A stretch of DNA of 64,000 nt, from positions 138,324,001 to 138,388,000 of the forward strand of contig CM059431.1 of assembly GCA_030390025.1 (NCBI GenBank), read 5' to 3'. The notes under the pieces were generated by a model. That model did not search any database. It was not told where the DNA came from and worked only from the letters and a program-made list of their open reading frames with translations. Each line of letters begins with the position of its first letter. Within the stretch, counting starts at the first letter, position 1. This document shows positions 1 through 11,639 of this stretch, piece by piece. This DNA is from Squalus acanthias. Lineage: Eukaryota. The translations under genes were made by a program, and so were the position numbers.

Positions 1-1990
1 AGATAGAGAGTAAGATGAAGCAGACAAAGAGCCAGTCTATCAGATGTTGGTTGAGAATATAAGTGATAATCAGGCTGAATATAGAAGGTTCCGAGGGAAC
101 ATGAAAAAGGAAATAAGCGGGGCAAAGTGAGAGCGTGAGAAAGACTGGCAGCTAACATTAAAGGGAATCAAAAAGTCTTGTATAGGCATATAAATAATAA
201 CCGGGCAGTAAGTGGAGCGGTGGAGCCGATAAGAGAACAAAAATAAGATCGACGCATGGAGGCAGAGGGCATGGCTGACGTACTAAATTAGTACTTTGCA
301 TCTGTGTTTACCAAGGAGGAAAATGCTGTCAAAGTCGTAGCGAAAGAGAAGCTAGTGGAGATACTGGATGGGATAAAAACATTGATAAATTAGATGTCCT
401 AGAAAGGCTGGCTGTAATTAAAGTAGGTACGTCTCCATGACCGGATGGGATGCATCCTTGGATGCTGAGGGAATTAATGGTGGAAATTGCGGAGGTACTG
501 ACCATAATCTTCCAATCCTCCATAGATACGGGGGTGGTGCCAGAGGACTGGAGAATTCAGATGCTACAAACTTGTTCAAGAAAGGGTGTAAGGATAAACC
601 CATCAACTACAGGCCAGTCAGTTTAACCTCGGTAGTGGGGAAGATTTAAGAAACGATAATCCGGGACAAACTCAACGGGACAAATGTGGATTAGTTAAGG
701 AAAGCCTGCACGGATTTGTTAAAGGCAAATCCTGTTTAACTAAATTTGATTAGTTTTTTGATGAGGTAACAGAGAGAGTTGATGAGGGCAATGCGGTTGA
801 TGTGGTGAAAATGGACTTCCAAAAGGATTTTGATACGATGCAACACAATAGTCTTGCTAGCAACGTTGAAGCCCAGGGAATAAAAGGGACAGTGGCAGCA
901 GATATGGGCTAATTGACAGGAAACAGTGAGTAGAGGTGAAAGGTTATTTTTCGGACTGGAGGAAGGTACACAGTGGTGATCCCCAGGGGTCTGTTCTACG
1001 ACCACTGCATTTATTGATATATGTTAATGGCTTGGATTTGGGTATACAGGGCATATTTTCCAAATTTGCAGGTGACACAAAACCTGGAAGTATAGTGAAC
1101 AGTGGGGAGGAGAGTAATAGACTTGAAGAGGAGAGCAGACAAGCTGGTGGAGTGGGCGGACGCGGAGCAGATGGAAATTTTATGCAGAAATGTGTGAAGT
1201 GATATATTTTGGTAGGAAGAACGAGGAGAGGCAATACCAATTAAAGGGTACAATTCTAAGGGGCTGCAACATCCTGGGGGTATATGTGCACAAATCGTTG
1301 AAGGTGGCAGGGCAGGTTGAGAAAACGATTAAAAAGCATACGTGATCCTGGGCTTCATAAATACAGGCATAGTGTAAAAATGCAAGGAAGTTATGATGAA
1401 CCTTTATAAAACACTGGTCCGAGCTCGACTGCAGCATTGTGTCCAATTCTGGGCACCGCACTTTAGGAAGGATTTGAAGGCCTTAGAGAGGGTGCAGAAA
1501 AGATTTACAAGAATGGATCCAGGGATGAGGGACTTCATCTATATGGATAGATTGGAGAAGCTGGTGTTGTTCTCCTTCGAGCAGAGAAGGTTGAGAGGAG
1601 ATTTGATTGAGGTGTTCAAAATCATGAGTTGTCTAGACAAAGTAGATAGAAAATTAGTATTCTCATTGGTGGAAGGGTCGAGAACCAGAGGACACACATT
1701 TAAGGTGATTGGCAGAAGAACCAAAGGCCACATGAGGAAAAAGTTTTTTACGCATTGCTTGCTTAGAATCTGGAATGCACTGCCTGAAATGATGTTCGAG
1801 GCAGATTCAATCGTGGCTTTCAAAAGGGAATTGGACAAGTACATGGAGGAAAAAACTGCAGGGCCAGGGGGTAAATTCGAGGGAGTGGGACTAGCTGAAA
1901 TGCTCGTGCATAGAGCCAGCACGGGATGGATGAGCCGAATGGCCTCCAACTGTACTGTAGCCTTTCTATGATTCGATGATTCTATGATTC
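1..1990 (+). mobile_element. CR1 LINE, degenerate ORF2 (RT) through 3' end
   Basis: Fragmented ORFs with CR1 motifs (NYRPVSLTSVVGK, GDPQGSVL, SKFAGDTK, LYKTLVRARLQHCVQFWAPH, RRLRGDLIEVFK); 3' tail ttctatgattcgatgattctatgattc at ~1963-1990. Confidence 0.93.
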
Positions 1991-2034
1991 AACAGCTTAA
2001 TCCTAGTTTACAGGGAAAGTTCAACACTTTCTAG

Positions 2035-2435
2035 GAAGAGGGGATATCCCCAGACCAGAAATACACACAGGGGAATTTGGAGAAGGGGAGGGAGGGTATG
2101 ACAGCAGACAAGGAATACACACAGGGAGTTTGGAGCAGGTGAGGGAGGGAGGGCAAGTCCCCAGACAAGGAATAGACATGAGGGGTTGGAGCACGTGAGG
2201 GAGGGAGGGCATGACCGCAGACAAGGAATACACACAGGGGAGTTTGGAGAAGGGGACGGAGAGAGGGTATGACCGCAGACAAGGAATACACTCAGGGAGT
2301 TTGGAGCAGGTGAGGGAGGGAGGGGATATCCCCAGACTTGGAATACACACAGGGGAGTTTGGAGCAGGTGAGGGAGGGAGGGGATTTCCCCAGACAATGA
2401 ATACACAGGTGGGTTTGCAGCAGGGGAGGGAGGGA
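2035..2435. repeat. Minisatellite, ~56-60 bp unit, ~7 copies
   Basis: Recurring cagacaaggaatacacacagggagtttggagcaggtgagggagggaggg. Confidence 0.88.
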
Positions 2436-2814
2436 GTGTAGCGGATGCGGAAGGAGTCCGTCCCACGTCACACTGGCTTCTGCAAGCCCTGTCTGTGGGG
2501 TGTGGTGTGAGCTCTGAGTAGAAGTGATCTGTTTCAGCGGGTGCTCTTCTTGGTCCAGCCCTGAAGAGGGCCTGCGAGAGGGTTCAGTGTTTAGGACTAT
2601 ATAAAACTGCAGCCGAATTCTCAACAAATATTAAGGTTTCAAATCAACAAACACGTTTATGGAATGTACCTGGACAAAGCAGTCCGGTCCTGGACAACAT
2701 TACCCGGATTAACATGAGAATGGGCTGAAACACAAAGGGTGCAAGAGCGAAAAAACAACATGTCAAAGGCTCAGGGGAGGAGTTCCAGCCTTCAGTCTAC
2801 AACCTGTTCACCTG

Positions 2815-3070
2815 CGTGGGTGGGTCCCACTGTGTGGTGTGTCTCGTTTGGTGGGCCATTGGGTGGGACGGGGTCTGGGACCCAGTGTGGGGTGTGTCTC
2901 GGTTTGTGGGTCTTTAGGTCGGGTGGACTCTGGGTGGTATGGTTTCGATGTGGGTCTGTCCCAGTGTGGGGTGGTCTCTTGGTGGGTTGGCGTTGGATGG
3001 GTCTGTCCAATATGGGGTGTGGCTCGGTTGGTGGGTCGTTGGGTGAGTGGGTCTCTCGGTGGGATGGTGT
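2815..3070. repeat. GT-rich degenerate tandem repeat (left part, interrupted by provirus)
   Basis: Recurring gtgtctcg..tggtgggt motifs; the same motif resumes at 9861. Confidence 0.75.
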
Positions 3071-4097
3071 TGTTAGATCAGAATTTGGGACTATTTCACA
3101 GGGGCCCAATTCGAGTCCACCGGGACTAATTAAAGTCCTAAGAGGTCACCCTTGCTCCGAGTTTTACACAGGGGCCCAATTCGAGTCCACCGGGACTAAT
3201 TAAAGTCCTAAGAGGTCACCCTTGCTCCCGGCATCCCAATTACTCACCAACGGGCCTTACTGTTACATCGAATTTTGGAGAAAAACCAGACGGAGACGGA
3301 ACTGAAGACAAAGTAAAAGTTTATTAGAAACTAGTCAGAAGGCTTTGTGCACAAAGGGAGAGAGGTTGATCTCAGAATCGAACCCAACTCTCAAAGGAAA
3401 AACTACTTACAAGCATTGATGTACCTTTCAATGGGCAACACCCACAGGTTACAAAAGTGGGCATGCACCTACAAACATCATCAATACCATTACTCCGTTA
3501 TTGGTTAATGATCAATCACTCAACTTTCATACATGGGGTCTTCTAGTCTCTGGGGGCGTAATTTACCAGGCTCCACGTTGTCTCGTAAACAAGGTCATAC
3601 CACTCCTATCTTCCTGTTCCCATGCTGTTATTCCTTACCAATACGTAATTAATTCTCGAGAAAAGCTTATTATGATAAACAAGGTCCGCTCCAAAGGAGA
3701 TGATGTGTTTGAGACGAAGAGAGAAATGGTCGACTCCCTGTACAGTTCAGTTTCCCTTATCTCTTCCAAAGGCCAACTACGTATAAACACTGCTTCTGTA
3801 GCACTGATAATGGCCTTCTAAAATGCATAGAAAATAAGCTATGACTCCGACAATCTGGCTGCAGGGAGCAACACTTCTTTCAGTATTATTTAAAAGGGTT
3901 AATATAATGAAGCAAGTAGTCCATCATGCTTTGCAACTATCTAAAAGCTATATGTACGTATTGCTATCTCTTTGTAAGTGAACTTGCTATCCTTTAAACA
4001 TGATTTCTAATATTACTGCCCTACAGCCTTGGTTAATATATATTTAAAGACTAGGGGATATAGGTTTCGTTTCACAGGCCTAATTTGCGATCCTACA
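3071..4097 (-). repeat. 3' LTR of provirus
   Basis: Direct repeat of 8830-9860; minus strand TGTAGGA...TCTAACA; AATAAA (minus) at 3320-3325; 70-bp tandem duplication at 3097-3228. Confidence 0.95.
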
Positions 4098-4110
4098 GTC
4101 CCCCCTTTCA
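4098..4110 (-). promoter_or_regulatory. Polypurine tract
   Basis: Minus strand TGAAAGGGGGGAC directly before the TG of the 3' LTR. Confidence 0.85.
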
Positions 4111-4392
4111 ACCCCCGGAAAGGATACTTGAAGCGGGGTTGAGAAATGTGCTCCCCCTACAACTACGTTAATATGATAAACTGATGGATATATATATTGC
4201 AGAACCACCTATAGGTTTTCCCCAGCTCAAATTGCATGAATGATGAAGTTTTCCTGAATTCCCTCCCCCCTTTTTAGGTCTTTGGTTAATCCAGGTAGGC
4301 CGCCCATCTGTTGTCTATGGTCTGGTGTGACTCCTGTCGGGGTGGCCACCCGTCTGGGCACCAGGTATGCATCAGATGAGTAAAGTTAATAG

Positions 4393-6475
4393 TTAGGCAA
4401 TCCCCAATTCATTATACCATTTCTTCAGTACTCATACAATTGATTTTTCTAACCAACGTCCAAAGTCGTCCCAGCTACACGCAGGAGGGGCAGTGCATGC
4501 ACTAACAGTTTTAATCATTTGTTTTGCCATTCGTTTTGCCCGAATCCTCTTACATTTCTTACATGCCATACATAACAGACCGACAACCAGTATTAACTGC
4601 ACCACGACCAATATGTGTGAAATTAGTCTGATCCACGGATGGATCTGTATATTTAGTCCCCAGTCTCAAATGTCATCCCACCATGTGGTCACCTTGATCG
4701 CGTCGATATCTTTCTTCAGATTCTTGCTCCGTTGTTGCAGGGTATAATACACCCGTTGAGAATGTTGAATCCTTCCCCGTAACTGCTTTAAATGTTCGGG
4801 CAGTGGGGTATCGGGTACCCAAAAGTGTTGATGTAGTTTCGCAAATCATTCTTAATGTCCTCGGATACTTGGAGAGAAGTGGTATCATACTGATGTATGT
4901 CCACCAGTTCCTCATGTCCAATTCGTACGGGAATTTCTGGGGTGAAGCAGAACTCTGGGCGGGGAATATCACATGTTAGATTGCCGTAATGGAACGTATT
5001 CAAGTTGGTCGTAACACGATATTCACCCCTAACGGCGTATGCCACCTGGGTGGGTTTGGCGGTGGCATCCAATGCTTCCATGGTGCAGTTAATCTCCAGG
5101 TCTGTGGTATTAAAACCGCATCGGCTCTGTGGGCTGTGGTTGATTGCATGCGGGCACATGATGATGGCATGTCGGGTAGTACGTCCTTCTAGTCTTGTAC
5201 CCACTAGATTTCCATTTATCATCACTGTGTAAGGTAACATATTATGGTGAGATATGAGCATGCCATTTTTATTACACCAATATTTTGTACTTGGTATACC
5301 TCGCGTCCTTGAGTCTCCGGGGTCAGTACCGGAATGACCAGCACTAAGCCCAGGAGCCCGCACCCCTTTTGCTTACATTCTACTTGGGTGGGGTATACCC
5401 GTATCATGGCCCTAAATTGTCAGTTCGTTATGTTAAGGCTATCCAGAAGGCGTTTGGGTGTACCCTTCCCAGCATGCCCGTGGGTTAGAGTCCCTTTTAA
5501 TTGCTGGTTGGTAATCCACAAGGGTACTTCCCCTCCCTGTATTTGGTCTAAATTCTCTCGGGTCTGCTCAACTATCCAATTACCATAGGTGCTGCAGGCA
5601 TCGTTCGCCGCTGCCTGCTGTGAGAAATTGTGTTCTTCTTTGACTATCTTATTTATTGTCTGCGCGTGTGCTTCTAGTACAGTGGCTATGTCCTGGAGGT
5701 AGATGGTGAATATCTGATCCTCCTTTAATTCTTGACCCTCATTCTTATTCTGTTCTCGTAAAATGGCTTTGAGCCGTGAGCTCAAATGTGGAACCTTCTG
5801 GTCTAATGCAGCCAGATCGATGGTATTAACCACTGACGCGCCTGTATTAAAAACCGTCGCTGCATCATTTAGTAAATCCATTTTCCGTCGCCATACCCGC
5901 CTGTTCCTTTTATTGTATCCACCTCCGCTGCGGATCGCGCCTTGTCTCAATACCTGTGTTAAGAGGCGCTGGTACAACTGCTGGGTTTGCTGCGAGCACC
6001 ATACGGGTAGGGCGGTGTCGGTCAGGTTCAAGACTGCTGGAACTAAGTCGTGTCGTATATTATCATACAATATGTTTCCGGATTGGGTGAACACCAATCC
6101 ACTAACGGGTCCTTCCTTCATAAATGGGCAAATCATTGGCCTGTAGGCCGGTGTCGGGTTAATGGCTTGGGGTGGATCTTGACCCCAATAACAGTGAATT
6201 ATAGTGGGTGGAGGGCCATTCGGTACCATACCTTTACCATATTGTTGGCACTTGACTCGAGTGGGCGTACATGAGGGGTGCCAAATGCCCTGATTATTCT
6301 GACAGCATTGAGCCATTCTTTTCCCGGTCTCGTAATCTACACATACTCCTATTCGGTGGTCATCCATGTAACATGTATGGGTGCCGAAATCATTCCCACG
6401 CCACTCCAGTTCTGTGGCGGCTGCGGTCTGTTTGACCAACAGCAGCCCTATTATTCTTAATAAGAGCCATCCCAT
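4393..6475 (-). pseudogene. env: env-like class I fusion glycoprotein (F-type), disrupted
   Basis: Signal peptide MGWLLLRIIGLLLVKQTAAA; Cys-rich N-terminus; basic site KRNRRVWRRKM followed by fusion-peptide-like DLLNDAATVFNTGASVVNTIDL and a heptad region; Cys-rich block (ORF 4788-5363); hand translation of 4740-4393 gives LQQRSKNLKKDIDAIKVTTWWDDI*DWG...ILVVVQLILVVGLLCMAC-KKCKRIR (heptad, Trp-rich segment, TM, basic tail); several stops and frameshifts. Confidence 0.85.
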
Positions 6476-6580
6476 AGTGTTTAATATAATACCACTTCAA
6501 GTCAAAAGGGAGAATACTTTGCGTTGTTGGAGGGTCGGTATCCCCAGAAGTGGTAACAGTACTGAGGCCGGGTGGAACGT

Positions 6581-6600
6581 CTGTAAGAAAAACACAAGTT
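6581..6600 (-). promoter_or_regulatory. Putative env splice acceptor
   Basis: Minus strand aacttgtgtttttcttacAG, ~105 nt upstream of the env ATG. Confidence 0.55.
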
Positions 6601-6902
6601 AAATAAGAACTCGAAGACTCTACGTAATTTTCCGGACTTGGTCCTAATCAAACACTTGGAGGAAAATAAAGTTACTCGCATTATTAATAATCATTTGATA
6701 ATTCATTGCCTCAGCTGACAGGCACATACATTCCATTCACTTCAATCAGATTTTTTTTATGTAGCAACAACACTCTTCAGAAGAGAGAGAGAGAGAGAGA
6801 GAGAGCGCGCAGCCTGTGACCTTGAGAAGGAAAACACAGGCTTTGAAAGTGACAGTACACTGAAAATGGCAGAATCCAGTCTGCAGGGTTTTTTTTTACT
6901 TC

Positions 6903-7541
6903 TCAGCCCTCGGGATCCTGAGGGTCGGGGGAAATTCCTTCCCCGGGCGCCATCACCGACTTATTCTGGCTCCAGTGTCTCCACCTTACATCTAATTTTT
7001 CTTGCAGGCAAACGGAGGTTCCTGTACTAAGGAGGATCTGGAAAGGTTCATCCCACCGTGGCTCAAACGTACCTCGAACCGATCGCTGAACCAACACCCA
7101 CTGTCCCACACTAGGTGGTATTTTCCAAACTCCCTCCATTCTTTTATCATCCTGTGCCTCCTGTAGATATTTAACCCGAAATTTATTGGCCTGATTTTCC
7201 AGGAAGGGAAATCTCCCACCATCTGGTCCTACTATTTCCAATAGGTGGTCACTTAAGAGCAGGTTTGCCTCTATCTGGTGCAAGACATCCATACCTAAAA
7301 TCAGGCCCTCACTGTTGGGACCTATCCAAAGAGTGACCCACCAGGTTCGGCTTTCTGGGGATAATTGCAGTGCAATCGGAACACTCTGATGGAGGATCAC
7401 ACTTTCTCCACTAACCCCGCTTACTTGGATGGTTTGATCTATTGTAGGGAATTTCGAGTCGGTTATCGACACCGAGGCTCCCGTGTCTATAAGAGCACAA
7501 TACTGCCGGACTCCTAACAGTACATTTAGACACGGGGTATC
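6903..7541 (-). pseudogene. pol: Retroviral aspartic protease fused in frame to integrase C-terminal (GPY/F-like) tail; RT, RNase H and IN core absent
   Basis: Hand translation upstream of the listed ORF gives YCALIDTGASVSIT; LILGMDVL second motif; then VGQWVLVQR...FEPRWDEPFQILLSTGTSV...WRHWSQ, resembling the retroviral IN C-terminus. Confidence 0.85.
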
Positions 7542-8263
7542 CTAATCGTGGTGAGGAGCTGGTGGCGGGAGGAGGAGGGCCCGTAGTCCTTCCAACTCTC
7601 GGTCAGACAGCCCCCCCCCCCCTTGTGGTCCCTGTGATCCAAGTTTTCGGGGTCCCTGTGATCCAAGTTTTCGGGGTCCCTGTTCCTCCCTTCCCCCACC
7701 CTTTTTGAAACAAGCAGTCCGAGTGTGTCCGAAGCGACCGCAGTTGGTACATGGTTTACACGTCACCGGGCAATCTTTGGAAAAGTGGTCAGGTGAGCTA
7801 CACCGATAACAGAGACGGTTCTCCTGGGCTGTCGCTACTGGTTCTGTCTTAATTTTGTTGGACTTCTAATGCACCAAAAATTCCCCCCCCAATTCCTTAA
7901 ATCCTCTAGATCCTCAGTCCCTACCGGCCCCAGATGCAAGAGACTTCTGACTCGGACCTTTGCCTCCTGAACAGGTCTCAAAAAGTCCTGTAGTGGGGAC
8001 GGTTTTCCCATTTTGTCCACAATTATGGGTCCCATCTGGCTCAACCAACTGGCAGACAAAACCGTCTGGTAGTTGGCTTGCTTCGCATCCTTTTGTTCCG
8101 CCCACCTCTTTATTTGATCGGCTACTGGACTTATTTCTTTCCACTCATTTTGAATCATCTCACTCTGGTATTTCAGATCAGCCTCTTGGACCCGATTAAC
8201 AACAGTGACACTGGTGGCCATAGCCGGAACTTCTGGTGAAAGGGGTTTCCCGACGTCACTCAT
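7542..8263 (-). pseudogene. gag: gag remnant with nucleocapsid bearing two CCHC zinc knuckles
   Basis: CYRCSSPDHFSKDC and CTNCGRFGHTRTAC (7710-7812); ends at TAG 7542-7544; frame break near 7860-7890; only ~240 codons in total. Confidence 0.8.
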
Positions 8264-8809
8264 ACTTATAATCACATATATACTTATGCTTTATCTTATA
8301 CTTTAACTTACTTTAGTCTAATCTTATACTTTAATCGGCACAAACGTATCACCTTATGCTCTATCATTTATTTTCCTCTTACTCGTCACGGGATTACGAT
8401 CCTGTGGTGTGTTCGAAGTTCCCTGCACCAACTTGATCCTGGCCATCACGTGGGACTACGTCCTCTTAATTCAGGCTCAGGCTAGGTGTTTGAGATAGAC
8501 AACCACCCTTGTCCGTGTCGATAACCCGTGACTCTCAACAATGACAAACACTCAATCAGAACAATGACAAACACTTATAATTTAAATCGGAATACACACA
8601 GTTAGGTCTAGTCAATTCCGTCAACCCGTGAGTCTCCGTGAGGAGTAATTTAGCTACGTTGATAATTTAATACTGCGCCTGGCTGGTGCTTATTTTGCGA
8701 GCGCGACTTGCCACGAGGGATTTGCAACATGGAGTCCAGGAAAAGCCCAACTCCAACAATTCTCTGAAGGAGTGACCCTCAACCACCGCACCCAACATTC
8801 CAGTCCAGT

Positions 8810-8827
8810 ATCCCTCTTCTGACACCA
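8810..8827 (-). promoter_or_regulatory. Primer binding site, tRNA-Leu type
   Basis: Minus strand TGGTGTCAGAAGAGGGAT 2 nt after the 5' LTR; 17/18 match to the complement of the vertebrate tRNA-Leu 3' end (TGGTGTCAGAAGTGGGAT, from memory). Confidence 0.85.
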
Positions 8828-8829
8828 AC

Positions 8830-9860
8830 TGTTAGATCAGAATTTAGGACTTTTTCACAGGGGCCCAATTCGAGTCCACCGGGAGTAATTAAAGTCCTAA
8901 GAGGTAACCCCTGCTCCGGGTTTTACATAGGGGCCTAATTCGAGTCCACCGGGACTAATTAAAGTCCTAAGAGGTCACCCCTGCTCCCGGCATCCCAATT
9001 ACTCACCAACGGGCCTTACTGTTACATCGAATTTTGGAGCAAAATCAGACGGAGACGGAACTGAAGACAAAGTAAAAGTTTATTAGAAACTAGGCAGAAG
9101 GCTTTGTGTACAAAGGGAGAGAGGTTGATCTCCTCAGACTCGAAACCAACTCATAAAGGAAGAACTACATACAAGCATTGATATACCTTTCAATGGGCAA
9201 CACCCACAGGTTACAAAAGTGGGCATGCACCTACAAACATCATCAATACCATTACTCCGTTATTGGTTAATGATCAATCACTCAACTGTCATACATGGGA
9301 TCTTCTAGTCTCTAGGGGCGGAATTTACCAGGATCCATGTTGTCTCGTAAACAAGGTCATACCACTCCTAACTTCCTGTTCCCATGCTGTTGTTCCTTAC
9401 CAATACATCATTAATTCTCGAGAAAAGCTTATTATGATAAACAAGGTCCGCTCCAAAGGGAGATAAGGTATTTGAGACGAAGAGAGAAATGGTCAACTCC
9501 CTGTACAGTTCAGTTTCCCTTATCTCTTCCAAAGGCCACCTACGTATAAACACTGCTTCTGTAGCCCTGATAATGGCCTGCTAAAATGCATAGAAAATAA
9601 GCTATGACTCCGACAATCTGGCTGCAGGGAGCAACACTTCTTTCAGTATTATTTAAAAGGGTTAATATAATGAACCAAATCGTCCATCATGCTTTGCAAC
9701 TATCTAAAAGCTATATGTACGTATTGATATCTCTGTATAAGTGAATTAACTATCCTTTAAACATGATTTCTAATATTACTGCCCTATAGCCTTGGTTAAT
9801 ACATATTTAAAGACTAGGGGATATTGGTTTCGTTTCACAGGTCTAATTTGCGATCCTACA
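8830..9860 (-). repeat. 5' LTR of provirus
   Basis: Direct repeat of 3071-4097; ~21 differences counted by eye over the first ~355 aligned bases. Confidence 0.95.
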
Positions 9861-10520
9861 GTGGCTTGGTGGGTAGTTCCCAGTTTGGGGTGTGTCTCGT
9901 GTGTTTGGTCTATATGTGGGGTGGTCTCTTTGTGTGGAAGTGTTGGATGGGTGGGTCTGTGGGTGGGGTGGTGTCTAGTTTGGTGGGTTCCAGTGTTGGG
10001 TGTGTCTCGTTTCGTGGGTCCTTGGGTCTCTGGGTGGGTTGTGTCTCGATTGGTTGGACCCTGGTAAGTGGGTCCCTGTGTGGAATAGTATTTGTGTTGG
10101 TTGGTGCCAGGCAGTGTGGTGTCTCGATTGGTTGTTCCCTGGTTGGGTGGGATAGTATTTGTGTTGGTGGGTCCTATGTTGTTTGGTGTCTCGATTGATT
10201 GGTCCCTGGGTGGGTGGGGTACTGGGTGGGATAGTATTTGTGATGGTTGGTCCCATGGTGGGTGGTGTCTCGATTGGTAGGAACCTAGGTAATTGGGTCC
10301 CTGGGTGGGATAGTATTTCTGTCGGTGGGTCCCAGGGGGGTTGGTGTCTCGATTGGTGGGTCGCTGGGTGGGTGGGTTACTGGGTGGGACATATTTGTGT
10401 TAGTGGGTCCCAGGGTGGTTGGTGTCTCGATTGGTGGGTCGCTGGGTGGGTGGGTTTCTGGGTGGGGTGGTATTTGGATAGCTGTGTCCCAGGGTGAGGG
10501 CCACAAGGTTGGGTGGGTCA
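9861..10520. repeat. GT-rich degenerate tandem repeat (right part)
   Basis: Recurring ggtgtctcgattgg...gggtgggatagtatttgtg. Confidence 0.8.
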
Positions 10521-10844
10521 CAATTCAAACCGCCCCCCTCTCTGGAGGAAAAAAACGATGAGTCGTGTTTCTCCTGTGTGTCGTCAACACATTTCTTGAC
10601 TCTTAATCTTTTACTCTTCAGTTCCTCTGGTTTATAACTGGGAATGATTGGTACACGATGAAGCTGAGAGATTGTCTGTAAAATTGAGTGAGAGAGAGGG
10701 AGCGTGGTCCCGTGCTGTGCCTTTGCTAATTCTAATTTGTTTCATCCAGTTATTTCCGCAGGCTTCTGAGTATTATCTTTGAAAACTGCAACGTGAGGAT
10801 TTAGGGAAAGAAAATTTGGCGAAGAGGAATGTTGGACAAGAGCT

Positions 10845-11495
10845 TCCTCCAGAGGGGACCGACCGAGATTCCGCCAGAGGGGACTGACCCAAACCTCCGC
10901 CAGAGGGGAATGACCGAAACCTCCTCCAGAGGTGAATGATGGAGACCTCCTCCAGAGGTGAATGACGGAGACCTCCTCCAGAGGGGACAGACCGCGGCCT
11001 CCTCAGAGGGGACCGACCGAGATTCCTCCAGAGGAGACTGACCGAGACCTCCTCCAGAGTGGACTGACCGAGACCTCCTCCAGAGGGGACTGACCGAGAC
11101 CTCATCCAGTGGGTACTGACCGAGACCTCCTCCAGAGGGGACTGACCGAGACCTCCTCCAGAGGGGACTGACCGAGACCTCCTCCAGAGGGGACTGAACG
11201 AGACCTCCTCCAGAGGGGACTGACCGAGACCTCCCCCAGAGTGGACTGACCGAGACCTCCTTCAGTGGGGACTGAGCGAGCCCTCCTCCAGAGGGGAATG
11301 ACCGAGACATCCTCCAGAGGAGACCGACTGAGACCTCCTCCAGAGGGGACTGACCGAGACCGTCTCCAGAGGAGACTGACCGAGACCTCCTCCAGAGAGG
11401 ACTGACCGAGACCTCCTCCAGAAACTGACCGAGACCTCCTCCAGAGGGGACTGTGCGAGACCTCCTCCAGATGTGACTGCCCGGGCCTCCTCCAG
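10845..11495. repeat. Minisatellite, 26-bp unit, ~24 copies
   Basis: Unit CGAGACCTCCTCCAGAGGGGACTGAC. Confidence 0.95.
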
Positions 11496-11639
11496 AGCTT
11501 GTACCCAATGGGATGCATGTGATTTCTGTCTGTTTATTACCTGGTGTTCAAATTCCTCTCTGGGCTCTGATTTTGTTGCCTCGGCCTGACAAGTTCCTGT
11601 TCGATTGTGACCCTTGTGTTTTGAAGAGGTTAAAGGCTG

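Larger units (their letters stand above)
3071..9860 (-). mobile_element. Endogenous retrovirus-like provirus, internally deleted (LTR-PBS-gag-pro-INtail-env-PPT-LTR)
   Basis: Two ~1.03-kb direct repeats with TG...CA ends, PBS and PPT in minus orientation, gag zinc knuckles, DTGA protease, env-like ORFs; flanks gtgt / gtgg could be a 4-bp TSD with one mismatch. Confidence 0.93.

Noticed and set aside
4393..6475. Domesticated (syncytin-like) env gene
   Set aside because: Multiple stops and frameshifts, including TGA at 4666-4668 before the TM; no sign of preservation in this copy
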